A DNA stretch of 63,916 nt, the filler included, from Saprolegnia diclina VS20 (lineage: Eukaryota), in the NCBI RefSeq assembly GCF_000281045.1. It is 10 parts of 2 records of this genome, joined end to end, with 100 filler letters (N's around TTAATTAATTAA, not from the genome) between each part and the next. Parts side by side here need not be neighbours in the genome. Positions count along the whole stretch, not along the records: positions 22,173 to 23,921 come from NW_008246155.1; positions 24,022 to 25,910 come from NW_008246155.1; positions 26,011 to 29,612 come from NW_008246155.1; positions 29,713 to 31,007 come from NW_008246155.1; positions 31,108 to 43,738 come from NW_008246155.1; 5 more parts are not named here. One strand, written 5' to 3'. A program made the translations under genes and the position numbers. Of this stretch, positions 23,548-36,160 are shown piece by piece; the stretch's first letter is position 1; each line of letters starts with the position of its first letter. The notes beneath the pieces were generated by a model that was given only the letters and a program-made list of their open reading frames with translations, did no database searches and was not told the DNA's origin.

Positions 23548-23921
23548 ATGCGCTGCGTCTTCCGCGACTGCTCTGAGCCCGTGTTTCGCGACTCGTACAA
23601 GTGCGCGTTCCACAAGAACCGCCACGTGTGCTCGGTCATGGACTGCGACAACCAAGTCTATGCGCGCAAGCTCTGCGTCAAGCACGGTGCGCGCAAGCGC
23701 TGCTCGTTTCCAAAATGCCAAGCCTTCACGCAAGGCCACACCGTGTGCTCCACGCACCACTCTTGGCAGGCATCCCGACCAGCAACCCAGAACCGCACAA
23801 GCGCGGTGTCGACAGAGGCCTCGACATCGTATGCTAGAGAACTCAATCTCGAGAATTTGGACGCGCTTGTCTTGGTGTGTACACCCCAGTGGGTTGACAC
23901 GATTGACCTCGCCTGGCTCGA
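23548..23921 (+). CDS. Cys/His zinc-finger repeat protein (oomycete 'WRKY19-like' C-x4-C-x9-C-x2-H), 3' truncated
   Basis: Three repeats, e.g. CSVMDCDNQVYARKLCVKHG. Confidence 0.75.
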
Positions 23922-24021
23922 NNNNNNNNNNNNNNNNNNNNNNNNNNNNNNNNNNNNNNNNNNNNTTAATTAATTAANNNNNNNNNNNNNNNNNNNNNNN
24001 NNNNNNNNNNNNNNNNNNNNN

Positions 24022-24591
24022 CCCGCGCTGGTGCTTCAGTGGAAGACGGCAGCCCACAGCGACTTGGTGCGGTTTCTCCAGCTGCGCGCATGCGAGCTCA
24101 GTGACAACGGCGTGCTCTGCACCACGATGGTGTCCAAGATCCACAGCCCAACCGCCGATATCTTGCACAAGGCATTTGGTGCCTGGATCACTGACGCTGT
24201 CGCGAATGGCTTGGTGTCACCTACAGCCATGGATGCTGCCGGTTTGCCGCTCTATTTCCGCAGCCAAGATGAAGTGCATGTGGCGACCGCAGACGTGCCC
24301 GAGCTGGCGTTGACCGCGCTCGAGATGATCTCGCTGAAGATGCCGTATGAGAACGTGGCGGCAGTCATCAACTTTTTCTCGGTCATCATGAAGTCTGCGC
24401 TCATGGCGCACTTGACGGCCGACGAACGGGCCAACCCGGCTCTGCACGACGCGTTGGAAGCGAGCTTGCGCCGTCATTTGGACGTCCCTGTCGAAGTGGA
24501 CGGCGACCTGCAGCCACTCTACAAGAATGTGACGATTGATTACATGTCGTTGCCGCAACTAGTCTCGATGCGAAATGTGGCGTATGCCTAG
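24022..24591 (+). CDS. SABATH methyltransferase paralog, C-terminal half (5' in gap)
   Basis: 'WKTAAHSDLVRFLQLRACELSDNGVL', 'LYFRSQDEV' and 'VDGDLQPLY' are colinear with 19621-20742. Confidence 0.85.
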   Translation, partial: PALVLQWKTAAHSDLVRFLQLRACELSDNGVLCTTMVSKIHSPTADILHKAFGAWITDAVANGLVSPTAMDAAGLPLYFRSQDEVHVATADVPELALTALEMISLKMPYENVAAVINFFSVIMKSALMAHLTADERANPALHDALEASLRRHLDVPVEVDGDLQPLYKNVTIDYMSLPQLVSMRNVAYA

Positions 24592-25379
24592 TGTTGAACA
24601 TGACATGGGCAGGTCAGTTCACATGCAGTACGCAGATAGTGAAGGGCTCAGTCCAGAGCTTATCTAGGAGTGAGAAGCACGAGGCTAGGTCTCCAAGTGT
24701 CCAGCCATCATCACCACAAATATCCGGAAGGCAGCTTCCGGATTCCCAGCATCTCGAATATTCGAGAATATTCCATCAGCCGACCCTTGGAGGTTGTCTT
24801 ATTGTACATGGCTAGTATCAACTAACCGATGCACACCTTAACACACCTAATGATACCAGTCGTTCCATCCCCTAGTGATAGAACTCCTTGTGTATCCCCT
24901 TTGGCTAGCGCCTATAACTCTGCAAGTTAACACCTAGTCTCTGTATTCCGATAACTGGCCACGATGGGCCCTTTACTATCCTATCCATCTATCCAGCTAT
25001 CCATCCATTCATCTGTCTATCGATACACCACGGTAGCAACCCAGTTGTTTGTCGTGATGCACACGCTGCATACGTCAGCAAGGGCTTGAACTTCGCTCTG
25101 CGCAGGAGTCCATCGTAAAGGCGTAAGCGCAAAATTTAGAGGCAGCAGGCCCATTTCCTGCGCTAACGAGTGGGGTCCACCACGGGATGGATCTCTCCGT
25201 GCGCAGCTCACTCCCAACGACCAAGTGCTGGTGCCAACTCCCACGCATTCAAGCGTAGTGCTACGTATGCGAAGTATTTGTCTCATAATGAAGATAACGC
25301 GGAACACGTTCATATATATATATATAACGAACACTGCACGAGCGCAGTGTTTGCAGGACGATCGTCTTTGATCGCGAGA

Positions 25380-25910
25380 TAATACCTTGACGTGGGTGGC
25401 CGACGCGGTCGTAACTTCGTCGCGACATATCAGAAACTCAAATCGAAAGAGGGTACACTGTCTGTACCAAGACATCGCCGTTCGTTTACTGTATGCGCGT
25501 TGCCACAGCATCGCCTTCCCCGGAATACTCCATTCCTGAGGTATTTTGCGTACAATATGTAGGTGCAGATCTGCAACTTGATGCAACACGGCGCGTCAGC
25601 TTGTCCGACCTGCGCCAGAAGTGAGAGACTTCAAACACCTGTGTACGGCTCGTACCAGATGTAAACGACGGTTTTGCGTCGCCGACTGACTGCATCTTCT
25701 AGCTACCTATTTGTGCTGCCCACTCTGCCACGGGCCAGTGACCGTGCAGCACGTCTCCATATGCAAAAGTTGTCTCGCGGCCCGATCCTCTCTCTGTATC
25801 AGGGATACGGTGATCAAATGTGAGAGCTGTATGCACAGATCATGCCCCCAGGTAGCGTACAGTACGTGCGCTGGCGTTGGTCGATGAAGAAAGTTAAGCA
25901 AGAAAGCCGC
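25380..25910 (-). mobile_element. Decayed LINE ORF2 3' fragment
   Basis: Frameshifted segments ('NFLHRPTP', 'HFWRR', 'VADLHLHIV') resemble the post-RT region of L1/Tx1 ORF2. Confidence 0.4.
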
Positions 25911-26010
25911 NNNNNNNNNNNNNNNNNNNNNNNNNNNNNNNNNNNNNNNNNNNNTTAATTAATTAANNNNNNNNNNNNNNNNNNNNNNNNNNNNNNNNNN
26001 NNNNNNNNNN

Positions 26011-27132
26011 GGGCGGCGACTGTAGCCGGCAAGGTGGGTCTCCATGATCGCAGCTAAGGCTACATGAGGTCCGAGCTTGACGAGCCAGGTCGGGGCGACA
26101 GGTGCGACGAGCGGGAAGCATCCGACGATAGCAATCGCGAGCAGCCGGATCCAGCGACAGGGTGGCTGCAGTACTGAAAAAAGTCGTGGCAGTTGCTCGG
26201 CGAGGTCAGCGACCGTGTGTCCGAGGGCTTGGAAGCTGTCCACGTGCGTGTAGCCTTGAGCGGCAAGCGTCTCAACGCGCACAGCGTTGTCGTGGGCGAG
26301 CCACTTGCGCTTGCTGGACGTTGGAAGATGTGCGTTGTGCCAAAGCGGAAGACGGTGCGTCACAAGCGGCGATTCGCGTGGCAAGCCATGCATGGTGTAG
26401 ACGGGCGAGAATCACTCAAGGAACGTGTCGGGAAGCTGGGCGATGCGAGGAGAGCCTTGATCGTCGGGTGGCTCTTGCTGGCGTGAAGAAGGTCGCCAAA
26501 GGACCCCACGGTTGGTATGCATCCTCCATGAGCGAGACACCTGCTGTGGTCCACGTGGGAGGATCTTCTGCTTGGGCCAGCCACGCCTTGACGAAACGGA
26601 GCGACGTTGAACGGATGCGCGAGAGCCAAAGGTCGTACGCGTGCGAGAGACCGAGGCTGCCATGGCGCTTGGCCAGGAAGACCAGGCTTTGGGCCTCTAC
26701 ATGTAACGGCGAGCGATCGTGATCGGCTCGCCGTGGATGAACTGGAGCATGAGCCGATCTATTTGAGCAGCGAGCGAGGCGTCTGGAGGTACCCATGTAA
26801 GCTGGTACCACAAGACCGACAAGCAGACCGCTTGCAAGGTGACAGCTTCCCGACGAGCCAGTGCGATTGGTACGACCAAAGCTGGAGACGTGCTGTAATC
26901 TTCTTGAGCGCGTTTTCGTAGCGAGCTTGCGAAGCGAGGTACGGCGCGACCAAGATGCCCAGCGCTGTTGCAGGAGCGGCCGGCGTGACGATGCGTCCGA
27001 GGAGACAACGCGGTTCGCTACCTAACGTGAGCAGCTCGGTCTTGTCGCGATTGAGCTTAAAGCCGGAGAACGAGCAAAACGTGTCGACGAGAGCAAGTTG
27101 ATGAGCCAGAGACGGCGCGTCCCGGGCAATGA
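26011..27132 (-). mobile_element. L1/Tx1-clade non-LTR retrotransposon fragment (RT C-terminus and downstream region), 5'-truncated
   Basis: 'VDTFCSFSGFKLNRDKTELL', 'LGILV', 'ITARLQLWS...LVGK' and 'LSVLWYQL' motifs; frameshifts. Confidence 0.8.
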
Positions 27133-27662
27133 ACTTTCATATACTCTCGTCGTGCCGGTCTACGCCGCTATGACCCGGCGAACGAATGAAGAAGAAGGAG
27201 ATTGCTAGTCTCTACGTTGGCGAAATCTTTGTATCAACGATGGTCCCATCCAGTCTACCCGATGTTGTTCTGGCCAGAGACTGAGCGCGCCGGATGCCTC
27301 CACTACACTCCTCGCATGACGTGGATCGATTTTTTCGTCGCGTGCGTCGCGGTGGCCAATAGCTAGGCGCACCTAAAGTGGAATAGAGCAGTGAACAAGA
27401 AATACTAGTCATTTCGCATGCTCCCTGACAAGATTGTAGCGCATGACATTCATCAATGCGCATGAGCATTGCAGTATGCCAGGGGAGCAAGTGCACTGGC
27501 ATTCGCTCGTCGAGCTGGAGTGTTCACCACGATGCAGTGTTTTATGCACTCATGTGCGCGCACGAACAACATTAACAGCAGCAACACCTCGCATATCCCA
27601 ACGACAACTGCGATAGACAAACGAAAGAAATGAGCATATGGTTGTTTATCATTTATTGCAGT

Positions 27663-29603
27663 TTACGCGCGCTTCTCGAGGTCGTCGACGTTGGCGCCCA
27701 GCAACGCGAGCGCGTCCAGCACTGCGTCGTCGTCTCGTTTTTCGTTGGCGTCGGCGCGCACAATCTCTTCGTAGAGGTTCTCGACCTTGTCCATGTTGAG
27801 GTTGCCCCAGTACTCGTCGGAGATCGCGGACGTCGTCGTCTTCTCCAAGCGCAAGACGCACTCGGCGAACGTGACGCACGCCTCGAGCTTGGCTTCGTCC
27901 ATGTGGGCGCCCATCGTCTTGTCCATCATCGCGATAAGGACGTTGAGGAGCATGACGATCACGATGGTTGCGTGCGTGACCAAGAGAAGGTAGCCGAGCA
28001 CATACGCGGCTGGCGACGCGAGCTGGTTGAACGGCTCCATGTTGATTTGAGCAAAGGTCACAAGGTACGTGGTGAGGAAGCTCTTGGGCACGGTTTCGTA
28101 GCCTTGGAAGACATCGTTCGAGTCCTTGGTCTTGAGGATCTCGAGGAGGTTCATCACCAGGGTCTCGTCTGTGGTGTTGGCGCCCGGGAAGATCTTGCTC
28201 AGCGAAGAGTAAAAGTTGTCTGCAAAATCCTCATCCGGCTTGTACGGCTTGAGGTTCTCGCCTTGGCTCTTGAAGAGGAGGTAGTAGGCGCAGGCGTAGC
28301 CGCACTGAATCGGGAGGTAAAAGGCCAAGTAGCGGAAGACGTCGGTGAGCATACGCCGCATCATCGGGAGGAGGTACCCGACATCGCGGAAGGCTTCCAG
28401 ATACTGGACGCACATGAGGCAGAGCACGAAGTGCATCGGGATGCCGAGGTAGACGCACATCTCGAACGGGAAATACGTCCAGAGTTCGCAGAGCGCGTAG
28501 ACAAGGACAAGCAAAAAGAGCGGGAGCTGGATGCGATTCCAGTACGACTCGAGGTACGGCGACGGCGTCTTGGTGCAGACGAGCTTGTAGATCGACGTGA
28601 CAAAGTGGGTTGGGACATGGACAAGGCGCCAGTACATGAGCGAGTCGCCGCAAAGAAAGACGGCGTAGTCGGGATAGTCGGCGGCGAGCTCGCGGAGCTC
28701 AAAGATGCAAAAGTAGACGGCGCAGAGACCGACGAGCCCATTGTTGAGTTTGACAAACGTCAACGAGTCGCAGAGCTGAACGAGGTGGTCGAGGTTGAGG
28801 GAGATGGCGGTGATCGCACATGCCTTTTTGTTTTGCCACGTCAAGAAGCGCGTCACGAGCAGCGACAAGAGCAGAAGCGCGGTGCCGCAGAGCCAAGAGC
28901 CAGCAATTTTCTTGAACTCTTTGTCGCCATCTGGATCGTCTTTTGGATCCCCTTGGATAGTCCCGAGCGAGATAGTGAGCGACACCGTGAGCGTCAAAAG
29001 CAGCAGCAAGTGCATGAGGAGCTGCTCGCTAAACATGCGAACACCAAACGCCTACACAGTGTCATTGTGTGAGCACATTCATTGCGAGCAGTCAGCGTGA
29101 CATACCCGCCACTTGAGGAGTACGATGAGGCGCATCACGGGGTGTTGCAACAGCTTCTTCTTCTCGTCTTGGATCACATCACGGTCCCACTCGTCCATGC
29201 CGGCGGTCGCGTCGTTGTGCAGCAGCGAAAACAGCATCGAGTCGCGCACCTTGGTGCGCAGTGCTTTGACCATCTACGAGTCACGTCGCGTCAGAGATGC
29301 CACAGCGCGTCGGATGTCTACCGAGTCGTGGTCGTCTCGCCACATATCGAGGGTCGCGGCCACCTCGTCGAGCTCGCGGAGCTTTTGGTCCTTGGCGGCT
29401 TCGTGTTGGAGCGACGTCGTATGGCGAAACGTCGACCGGTGTGGATCGAGGGCGCTCGCATAGCGTCGCCGTAGACTCGGCGGAAACGACTTGTCCTCTC
29501 CATTGTCGCACTGCGCGTGTTCCGGCGCGAGAAAGGTCGTGGACGACTCGGCCATCTCGACCATGACACCAATGTCGTCACGGCGCCGGTTGCTCGGATG
29601 CAT
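27663..29603 (-). CDS. TRP-like cation channel without ankyrin repeats, paralog A (3 exons)
   Basis: Pre-S1 'LLQHPVMRLIVLLKWR|AFG', S3 'YLESYWNRIQL', S4-S5 'MMRRMLTDVFRY', S6 'IVMLLNVLIAMM'. Introns ~29274-29321 and ~29055-29105. Confidence 0.8.
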
Positions 29604-29712
29604 CGTGGTGTCNNNNNNNNNNNNNNNNNNNNNNNNNNNNNNNNNNNNNNNNNNNNTTAATTAATTAANNNNNNNNNNNNNNNNNNNNNNNNNNNNNNNN
29701 NNNNNNNNNNNN

Positions 29713-30175
29713 GTACACAAGGCAGCCCATACTAGTATGATACTACCACCTGTGCTATCACCGATTTGCATAAAATGGAAGCTTAGAACAAGGCTCGATC
29801 ATCTGGAGCTTCTCGTGGCCATCGACACGCGCCACCGCGGGTTGCGCAGGGTTGTACGCGTCCACCACCAAGCACTCGTAGAGTTGACGCCAAATGTATT
29901 TAGCGGGTACTAGCATTTACTTTGCTCAATGTCAGTTGCTGGCGTCGTCCGAGGACCTTGACACACTGCGTAGCTTTGCCGCCGACCGCGACGCCTGGAA
30001 AGATTTGACCGACCGTGTCGTCACGGGCCTCACCCGCGGCCACAAGCGTCGTAGGGCGACGACAGAAGAGCCAGACGAGCCCCCGCGCCGCCGCCTGCGC
30101 AGCCACGGACCGGCGAGCGAATGAAGAAGAAGGAGATTGCTAGTCTCTACGTATGCGAAGTCTTTGTGTAACTAT
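29713..30175 (+). mobile_element. RTE-like LINE 3' end
   Basis: ORF end 'LRSFAADRDAWKDL' resembles the RTE A.DR..W C-terminus; following sequence is repeated at ~27184-27235. Confidence 0.45.
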
Positions 30176-30286
30176 GAAGAAAACGCAGCCACGGCCTGGC
30201 GAACGAATAAAGAAGAAGGATGTGAATTTTTGTAACAACGAAGATTTCGCGACGGAGATATCGCGACGAAGATATCGCGAAACACG

Positions 30287-31007
30287 TCATACAGTACAGA
30301 AATGGGTACATATAGTGAACTTCCCAATGCGCTCGTGAGGTTTGGCCGGTACGTCACGCTGAGGGCGTTTGGTCGGGGCTCGGGATTGAGTGAGGAGTGA
30401 GGTAGCGAGCACACCAAGGGTCGGCGCGTAGGACATGAAGCGACTCGTCAAGCGAAGGCACCACGGCGTGGCGAGCCAAGTGTCGGATATGCAATCACGT
30501 GATAGTAGCGGCTTTGATCGCGAGCAGCAGCGGGAAGGGGCGTCAATGTCGTGCGGAACACGCGGTTGTTGCTCAAGCCAAAGACTGTACCAAATGCAAG
30601 CGTGCAAGCTCGGCCAGAGAGCACGGATGGTCGACTTGTGGGCTGAGAACGGCAGTGCGACTGCATCGTAGAGGAAGCCACCGACCGACGACAGAAGTTG
30701 CAGCTGCAAAATTTCGCGCATTCGGGCTGAGGAAGCGCAAGCTGGATCGTGCCGCCACAGCTTTCAACGCAACATGGTACTAGTAAACAAAATCGCCGTA
30801 CCGCGGGAGGACATGAGCGGGTTGCTGTAGTGGGACAAGTGCAACAGCTCGGTTCGGTCGCTCGTAATAGGTCATGGACACGCCAAGGTGGCGCCCCGGC
30901 AGCACACGCCAGTCGAAGTTTGGGCGGCGACTGTAGCCGGCAAGGTGGGTCTCCATGATCGCAGCTAAGGCTACATGAGGTCCGAGCTTGACGAGCCAGG
31001 TCGGGGC
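30287..31007 (-). mobile_element. L1/Tx1 LINE ORF2 3' end (continuation of 26011-27132)
   Basis: 30922-31007 is identical to 26011-26096; 'LWPSLHACIWYSLW' is a typical ORF2 C-terminal W-rich motif. Confidence 0.7.
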
Positions 31008-31107
31008 NNNNNNNNNNNNNNNNNNNNNNNNNNNNNNNNNNNNNNNNNNNNTTAATTAATTAANNNNNNNNNNNNNNNNNNNNNNNNNNNNNNNNNNNNN
31101 NNNNNNN

Positions 31108-32597
31108 TCGTTCGAGTCCTTGGTCTTGAGGATCTCGAGGAGGTTCATCACCAGGGTCTCGTCTGTGGTGTTGGCGCCCGGGAAGATCTTGCTCAGCGAA
31201 GAGTAAAAGTTGTCTGCAAAATCCTCATCCGGCTTGTACGGCTTGAGGTTCTCGCCTTGGCTCTTGAAGAGGAGGTAGTAGGCGCAGGCGTAGCCGCACT
31301 GAATCGGGAGGTAAAAGGCCAAGTAGCGGAAGACGTCGGTGAGCATACGCCGCATCATCGGGAGGAGGTACCCGACATCGCGGAAGGCTTCCAGATACTG
31401 GACGCACATGAGGCAGAGCACGAAGTGCATCGGGATGCCGAGGTAGACGCACATCTCGAACGGGAAATACGTCCAGAGTTCGCAGAGCGCGTAGACAAGG
31501 ACAAGCAAAAAGAGCGGGAGCTGGATGCGATTCCAGTACGACTCGAGGTACGGCGACGGCGTCTTGGTGCAGACGAGCTTGTAGATCGACGTGACAAAGT
31601 GGGTTGGGACATGGACAAGGCGCCAGTACATGAGCGAGTCGCCGCAAAGAAAGACGGCGTAGTCGGGATAGTCGGCGGCGAGCTCGCGGAGCTCAAAGAT
31701 GCAAAAGTAGACGGCGCAGAGACCGACGAGCCCATTGTTGAGTTTGACAAACGTCAACGAGTCGCAGAGCTGAACGAGGTGGTCGAGGTTGAGGGAGATG
31801 GCGGTGATCGCACATGCCTTTTTGTTTTGCCACGTCAAGAAGCGCGTCACGAGCAGCGACAAGAGCAGAAGCGCGGTGCCGCAGAGCCAAGAGCCAGCAA
31901 TTTTCTTGAACTCTTTGTCGCCATCTGGATCGTCTTTTGGATCCCCTTGGATAGTCCCGAGCGAGATAGTGAGCGACACCGTGAGCGTCAAAAGCAGCAG
32001 CAAGTGCATGAGGAGCTGCTCGCTAAACATGCGAACACCAAACGCCTACACAGTGTCATTGTGTGAGCACATTCATTGCGAGCAGTCAGCGTGACATACC
32101 CGCCACTTGAGGAGTACGATGAGGCGCATCACGGGGTGTTGCAACAGCTTCTTCTTCTCGTCTTGGATCACATCACGGTCCCACTCGTCCATGCCGGCGG
32201 TCGCGTCGTTGTGCAGCAGCGAAAACAGCATCGAGTCGCGCACCTTGGTGCGCAGTGCTTTGACCATCTACGAGTCACGTCGCGTCAGAGATGCCACAGC
32301 GCGTCGGATGTCTACCGAGTCGTGGTCGTCTCGCCACATATCGAGGGTCGCGGCCACCTCGTCGAGCTCGCGGAGCTTTTGGTCCTTGGCGGCTTCGTGT
32401 TGGAGCGACGTCGTATGGCGAAACGTCGACCGGTGTGGATCGAGGGCGCTCGCATAGCGTCGCCGTAGACTCGGCGGAAACGACTTGTCCTCTCCATTGT
32501 CGCACTGCGCGTGTTCCGGCGCGAGAAAGGTCGTGGACGACTCGGCCATCTCGACCATGACACCAATGTCGTCACGGCGCCGGTTGCTCGGATGCAT
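31108..32597 (-). CDS. Identical second representation of TRP-like paralog A (5' part); probably a contig overlap
   Basis: 31108-32606 equals 28114-29612 at offset 2994; both end at contig edges. Confidence 0.75.
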
Positions 32598-33625
32598 CGT
32601 GGTGTCCTTGGCGTCGTTGACCCGCAAAACTCAAAATGACAAAAATCACACCAATACGGCTTATCCACAAAGCTAAACAAAGCTTTGCGGCCATGATAGC
32701 TGCAAACTTTGCACAACGTTGTTGGAAAGGGCTCAGAAAGAAACCGCACCGATATCTCGGGAATCTTGTCGACTGTGAATGCTTCTAGATTTTACTGACC
32801 TTATCTCCCTTGGCTCGATAAGTGGGTACACGGAGTGAGGACACGATTCCCTTGGTACGAATCGGCGGTACTACCTTCGGCGGCTCTACCTGCCAGAGCG
32901 AAAAAATGGACAGCAAGTCGCTCGATGCCACGCGAGAGAGGAGGTGCCTCCATGGCTGGGCACCGCAGAGATGGATGCGATGCAGCATGGGCACTGTACA
33001 ACCCTAACCTGCGCATCGATTGTTGTTGACGGGAGTCGATGGAGATATCATTGACCAAATTGTATTTTCGACTTGCGATTGATACGAAGAACGTGGTACG
33101 GCGAGGTTTTGCCGTTGGACGGGTGTTGCTGTTACACGGTAGCTTACACATTGAAATAGACTATTTGAAGTGAACTATTTACTAGCAGGCAACCTTTGTG
33201 TTGGACTCTTGGTGGAGCGACTACAGTGTACGAGCAGACTCGAGCGCGACCGTTCGAAGCTGTCGGTCGCAACAGCTGGCGGGACGCACCAGCTGTTTTC
33301 ATTTGCACATGATTGCAGCACCCATATCATTCGACGAGCCTCCAGTGACCCAGCCGCTTCAAGTCTAGTCGCTCGCTCTTGGCGCCGCGCTTGCTCTTGC
33401 CGGAAGGCAAATCGTCGCACTTATCAGAGCATTGCCGTCTATGCCGTCATCGCTCGCGAGATGCTTCTGCCATGCATGGCGTTGTCTCGTGACCCGAGAT
33501 AGGTTCGAATCTTTAGCTCTGCAGAAGCCACGCACCAGCGCTCTAACAACGTCGCGCAAAGTTCAGATCGCTTCTGCACTCAGCACCGCTCAGCTCACAA
33601 CGGGTGTGAGCTCATTTCTGGTTTC

Positions 33626-35684
33626 ATGGCCATCTACATCTCCGACGTGGCCGACGGCACGGCGTACCCAAGCTACCACCATCAAGACTCGATTGGCGTC
33701 ATGGTCGAGATGACGCCGAGCGAGCCGTCGACGACGTACATGGCCTCGCGGACGCCGCGAAGCGAGAGCGGCCACTCCAACTACGACGAGCAGCACGACG
33801 TTGCCAAGCCATTGCCGCCCAACAGACGATTCAGCCAAGACTATGACGCGAACCGCTCGACGTTTCGCCACACAAGGTCATTGGCGCGGGAGGCTGCCAA
33901 GGCGCAAAAGCTACGGGAGCTCGAGACCATTGCATCCGACTTGGACGACTGGAAGGACAATGTTGCGCAGGTAGACACCCTGTTTCAACCATTGCTTTGA
34001 TCTCATCACATTGCATCAGATGGCCGGCGCCTTCCGAGCCAAGGTGCGCGACTCGATGCTGTTCAAGCTGCTGCATCAAGACGCACCCGACGCCTTTTCG
34101 CCGTTTGATCTGGATGCGATCGACGATGCCAAGAAGCGGCTGCTGCAGCATCCCGTGATGCGCCTCATGGTGCTTCTCAAGTGGCGGGTACGCTACACAT
34201 TGCAAGTATTTCGAGCCAAAGCTGAGATTCTTGTACGGGTGTAGGCGTTTGGGCTACGCATGTATTGCGAGCAGCTTCTCATGCACTGGCTGCTCCTCCT
34301 CACGTTCACCGTCTCGCTCGCCGTTGGCTTTGGGATTGACACTGCGACCAGCGCCAAGCTCGACCAAGTGCTCGTTGGGTGGCTTGTCGGCATGCCCTTC
34401 CTCTTGGTCTCGCTTCTTGCGACGCGCTTCTTGACGTGGAAGAACAAGGTGGTGTGCGCCTGCGTCGTATTTGTTCTTGTCAGCGGCGCGATCACCGGGC
34501 TCCTGCTTAAGTACGACAAGGTCAAGGCGCTCTGCAACTCGACGGCACCAATCGACGAAATATGGGACGAGGACGGCAAGGACGGGTTCAACAAAAGCTT
34601 TGTCTCGCTCAACAACGCCGTGCTCGGACTCTCGGCGCTCTACTTTTGCCTCTTTGAGTCGCGCGAGTTTGCGGCGGATATGCCCGACGATGACGTTCGC
34701 CGCGACATACTCGGCCGCTGGCTCCGCGCGTCGCGCTACATGCTCACGTCGCTCGTCGACTTGGTTTGCGGCAAGCCGACGTCGCCGTACCTCGAGTCGT
34801 ACTGGAATCGCATCCAGCTCCCGACCTTCTTCTTCGTCTTTGTCTATGTCTTTTGCGAGTTTGCATCGCCCTTCTCGGCCAACATGCGTGTCTACGGAGG
34901 CATTCCCGCGCTCTTCTTGCTCTGGATCATGGGCGTCTCGTACCTCGAAGTCTTCCCCGCGGTCGGGTACCTCCTCCCGATGATGCGGCGCATGCTCGCC
35001 GACGTCTTCCGCTACTTGGCCTTCTACTTTCCGATCCAGTGCGCGTACACGTGTGCATACTACCTCCTCTTCAAGAGCCAAGGCTACGATCTCAAGCCGT
35101 ACGAGCCGGACCAAAAGTTTATCGACAAGTTTAACGAGTCTCTCAGCGCTGTCTTTCCCGGTGCCAACACCACAGACGAGACCCTGGTGACGAGACTCCT
35201 CGAGATCCTCAAGACCAAGGACAAGAACGACATGTTTCAGGGCTACGAAACCGTGCCCAAGAGCTTCCTCACCACGTACCTCATCACCTTTGGTCAAATC
35301 AACATGGAGCCGTTCGACCAGCTCGCGACGACGTCGGCATCGATCCTCGGCTACCTCCTCGTGCTGACGCACGCGACGATCGTGATCGTGATGCTCCTCA
35401 ACGTGCTCATTGCGATGATGGACAAGACGATGGGCGCCTACATGGACGAAGCCAAGGTCGAGGCGACTGTGACCTTTGCCGAGTGTGTGCTGCGGATGGA
35501 GAAGACGACGACGCAGGCGATGTCCGAAGTGTACTGGCGACAGCTCGACAAGTCCAAGGCGCAAGTTTTGTATGAAAACATGCTGCGCGCCGACGCCAAC
35601 GAGAAGAGCGAGGACAGCGCAGTGCTCCACGCGATTGATAAGATCAGCTCCAGAGTCAAAAGCCTCCAGACGCGTCGCAAGTAG
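33626..35684 (+). CDS. TRP-like cation channel, paralog B (exons 33626-33970, 34020-34187, 34245-35684)
   Basis: In-frame GT-AG introns; the same TRP motifs; Inr GCTCATTTC just upstream. Confidence 0.85.
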
Positions 35685-35919
35685 GCTTTGAAACTGTGTT
35701 CTTACAGTAATATATTGGTTGATTGATGGACGTTTGGCACGCCAGCCTTGGTCGTCTGGGCAACGCCCCTTGCTACTGCACCTTCGATTTTTCATTTCAA
35801 GTTTGCACTTGAGTTTGCACTTTGAGTTTGCACCAAGATTTAGGTATCGATAAGTTTGCACTTGAGCTTGCCAAATGAGCCTGCACCAAGTGTAAGAAAT
35901 TATTGATGTTGGCAGCAAG

Positions 35920-36160
35920 TCTAAAAACTGAGTTTGGACGTGATCTTCTTGTCGAGTGCCTCAATTGCTTGCAGAATACCAAACTTGGTCGCGCGGCTCA
36001 CATCTCGTAATGCGTCATGCGGTCGAGCAGCGTCCCAATCGTCTTCTCGCTTATGATGTTCGTCAAGTCAGCTTCTGTCGTCGCAAACGTCTTGGTCTTC
36101 TTCAGCCGTAGCACACACTCGACAAATGTCACGCGGGCCTCGTGCTTGGCTTCTTCGCGC
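35920..36160 (-). pseudogene. 3' fragment of a TRP-like paralog (C-type)
   Basis: 'EEAKHEARVTFVECVLRLKKTKTFATTEADL' nearly matches the paralog C tail; frameshifted and lacks upstream exons. Confidence 0.75.

Noticed and set aside
31108..32606. Real recent tandem duplication of channel paralog A
   Set aside because: Apparently identical, including introns, and bounded by contig ends; most likely overlap redundancy.
34254..35918. Long antisense ORFs (also 27630-29072, 38146-39402, 44546-45718, 16388-17200)
   Set aside because: Shadow ORFs from GC-rich codon bias opposite recognisable genes.
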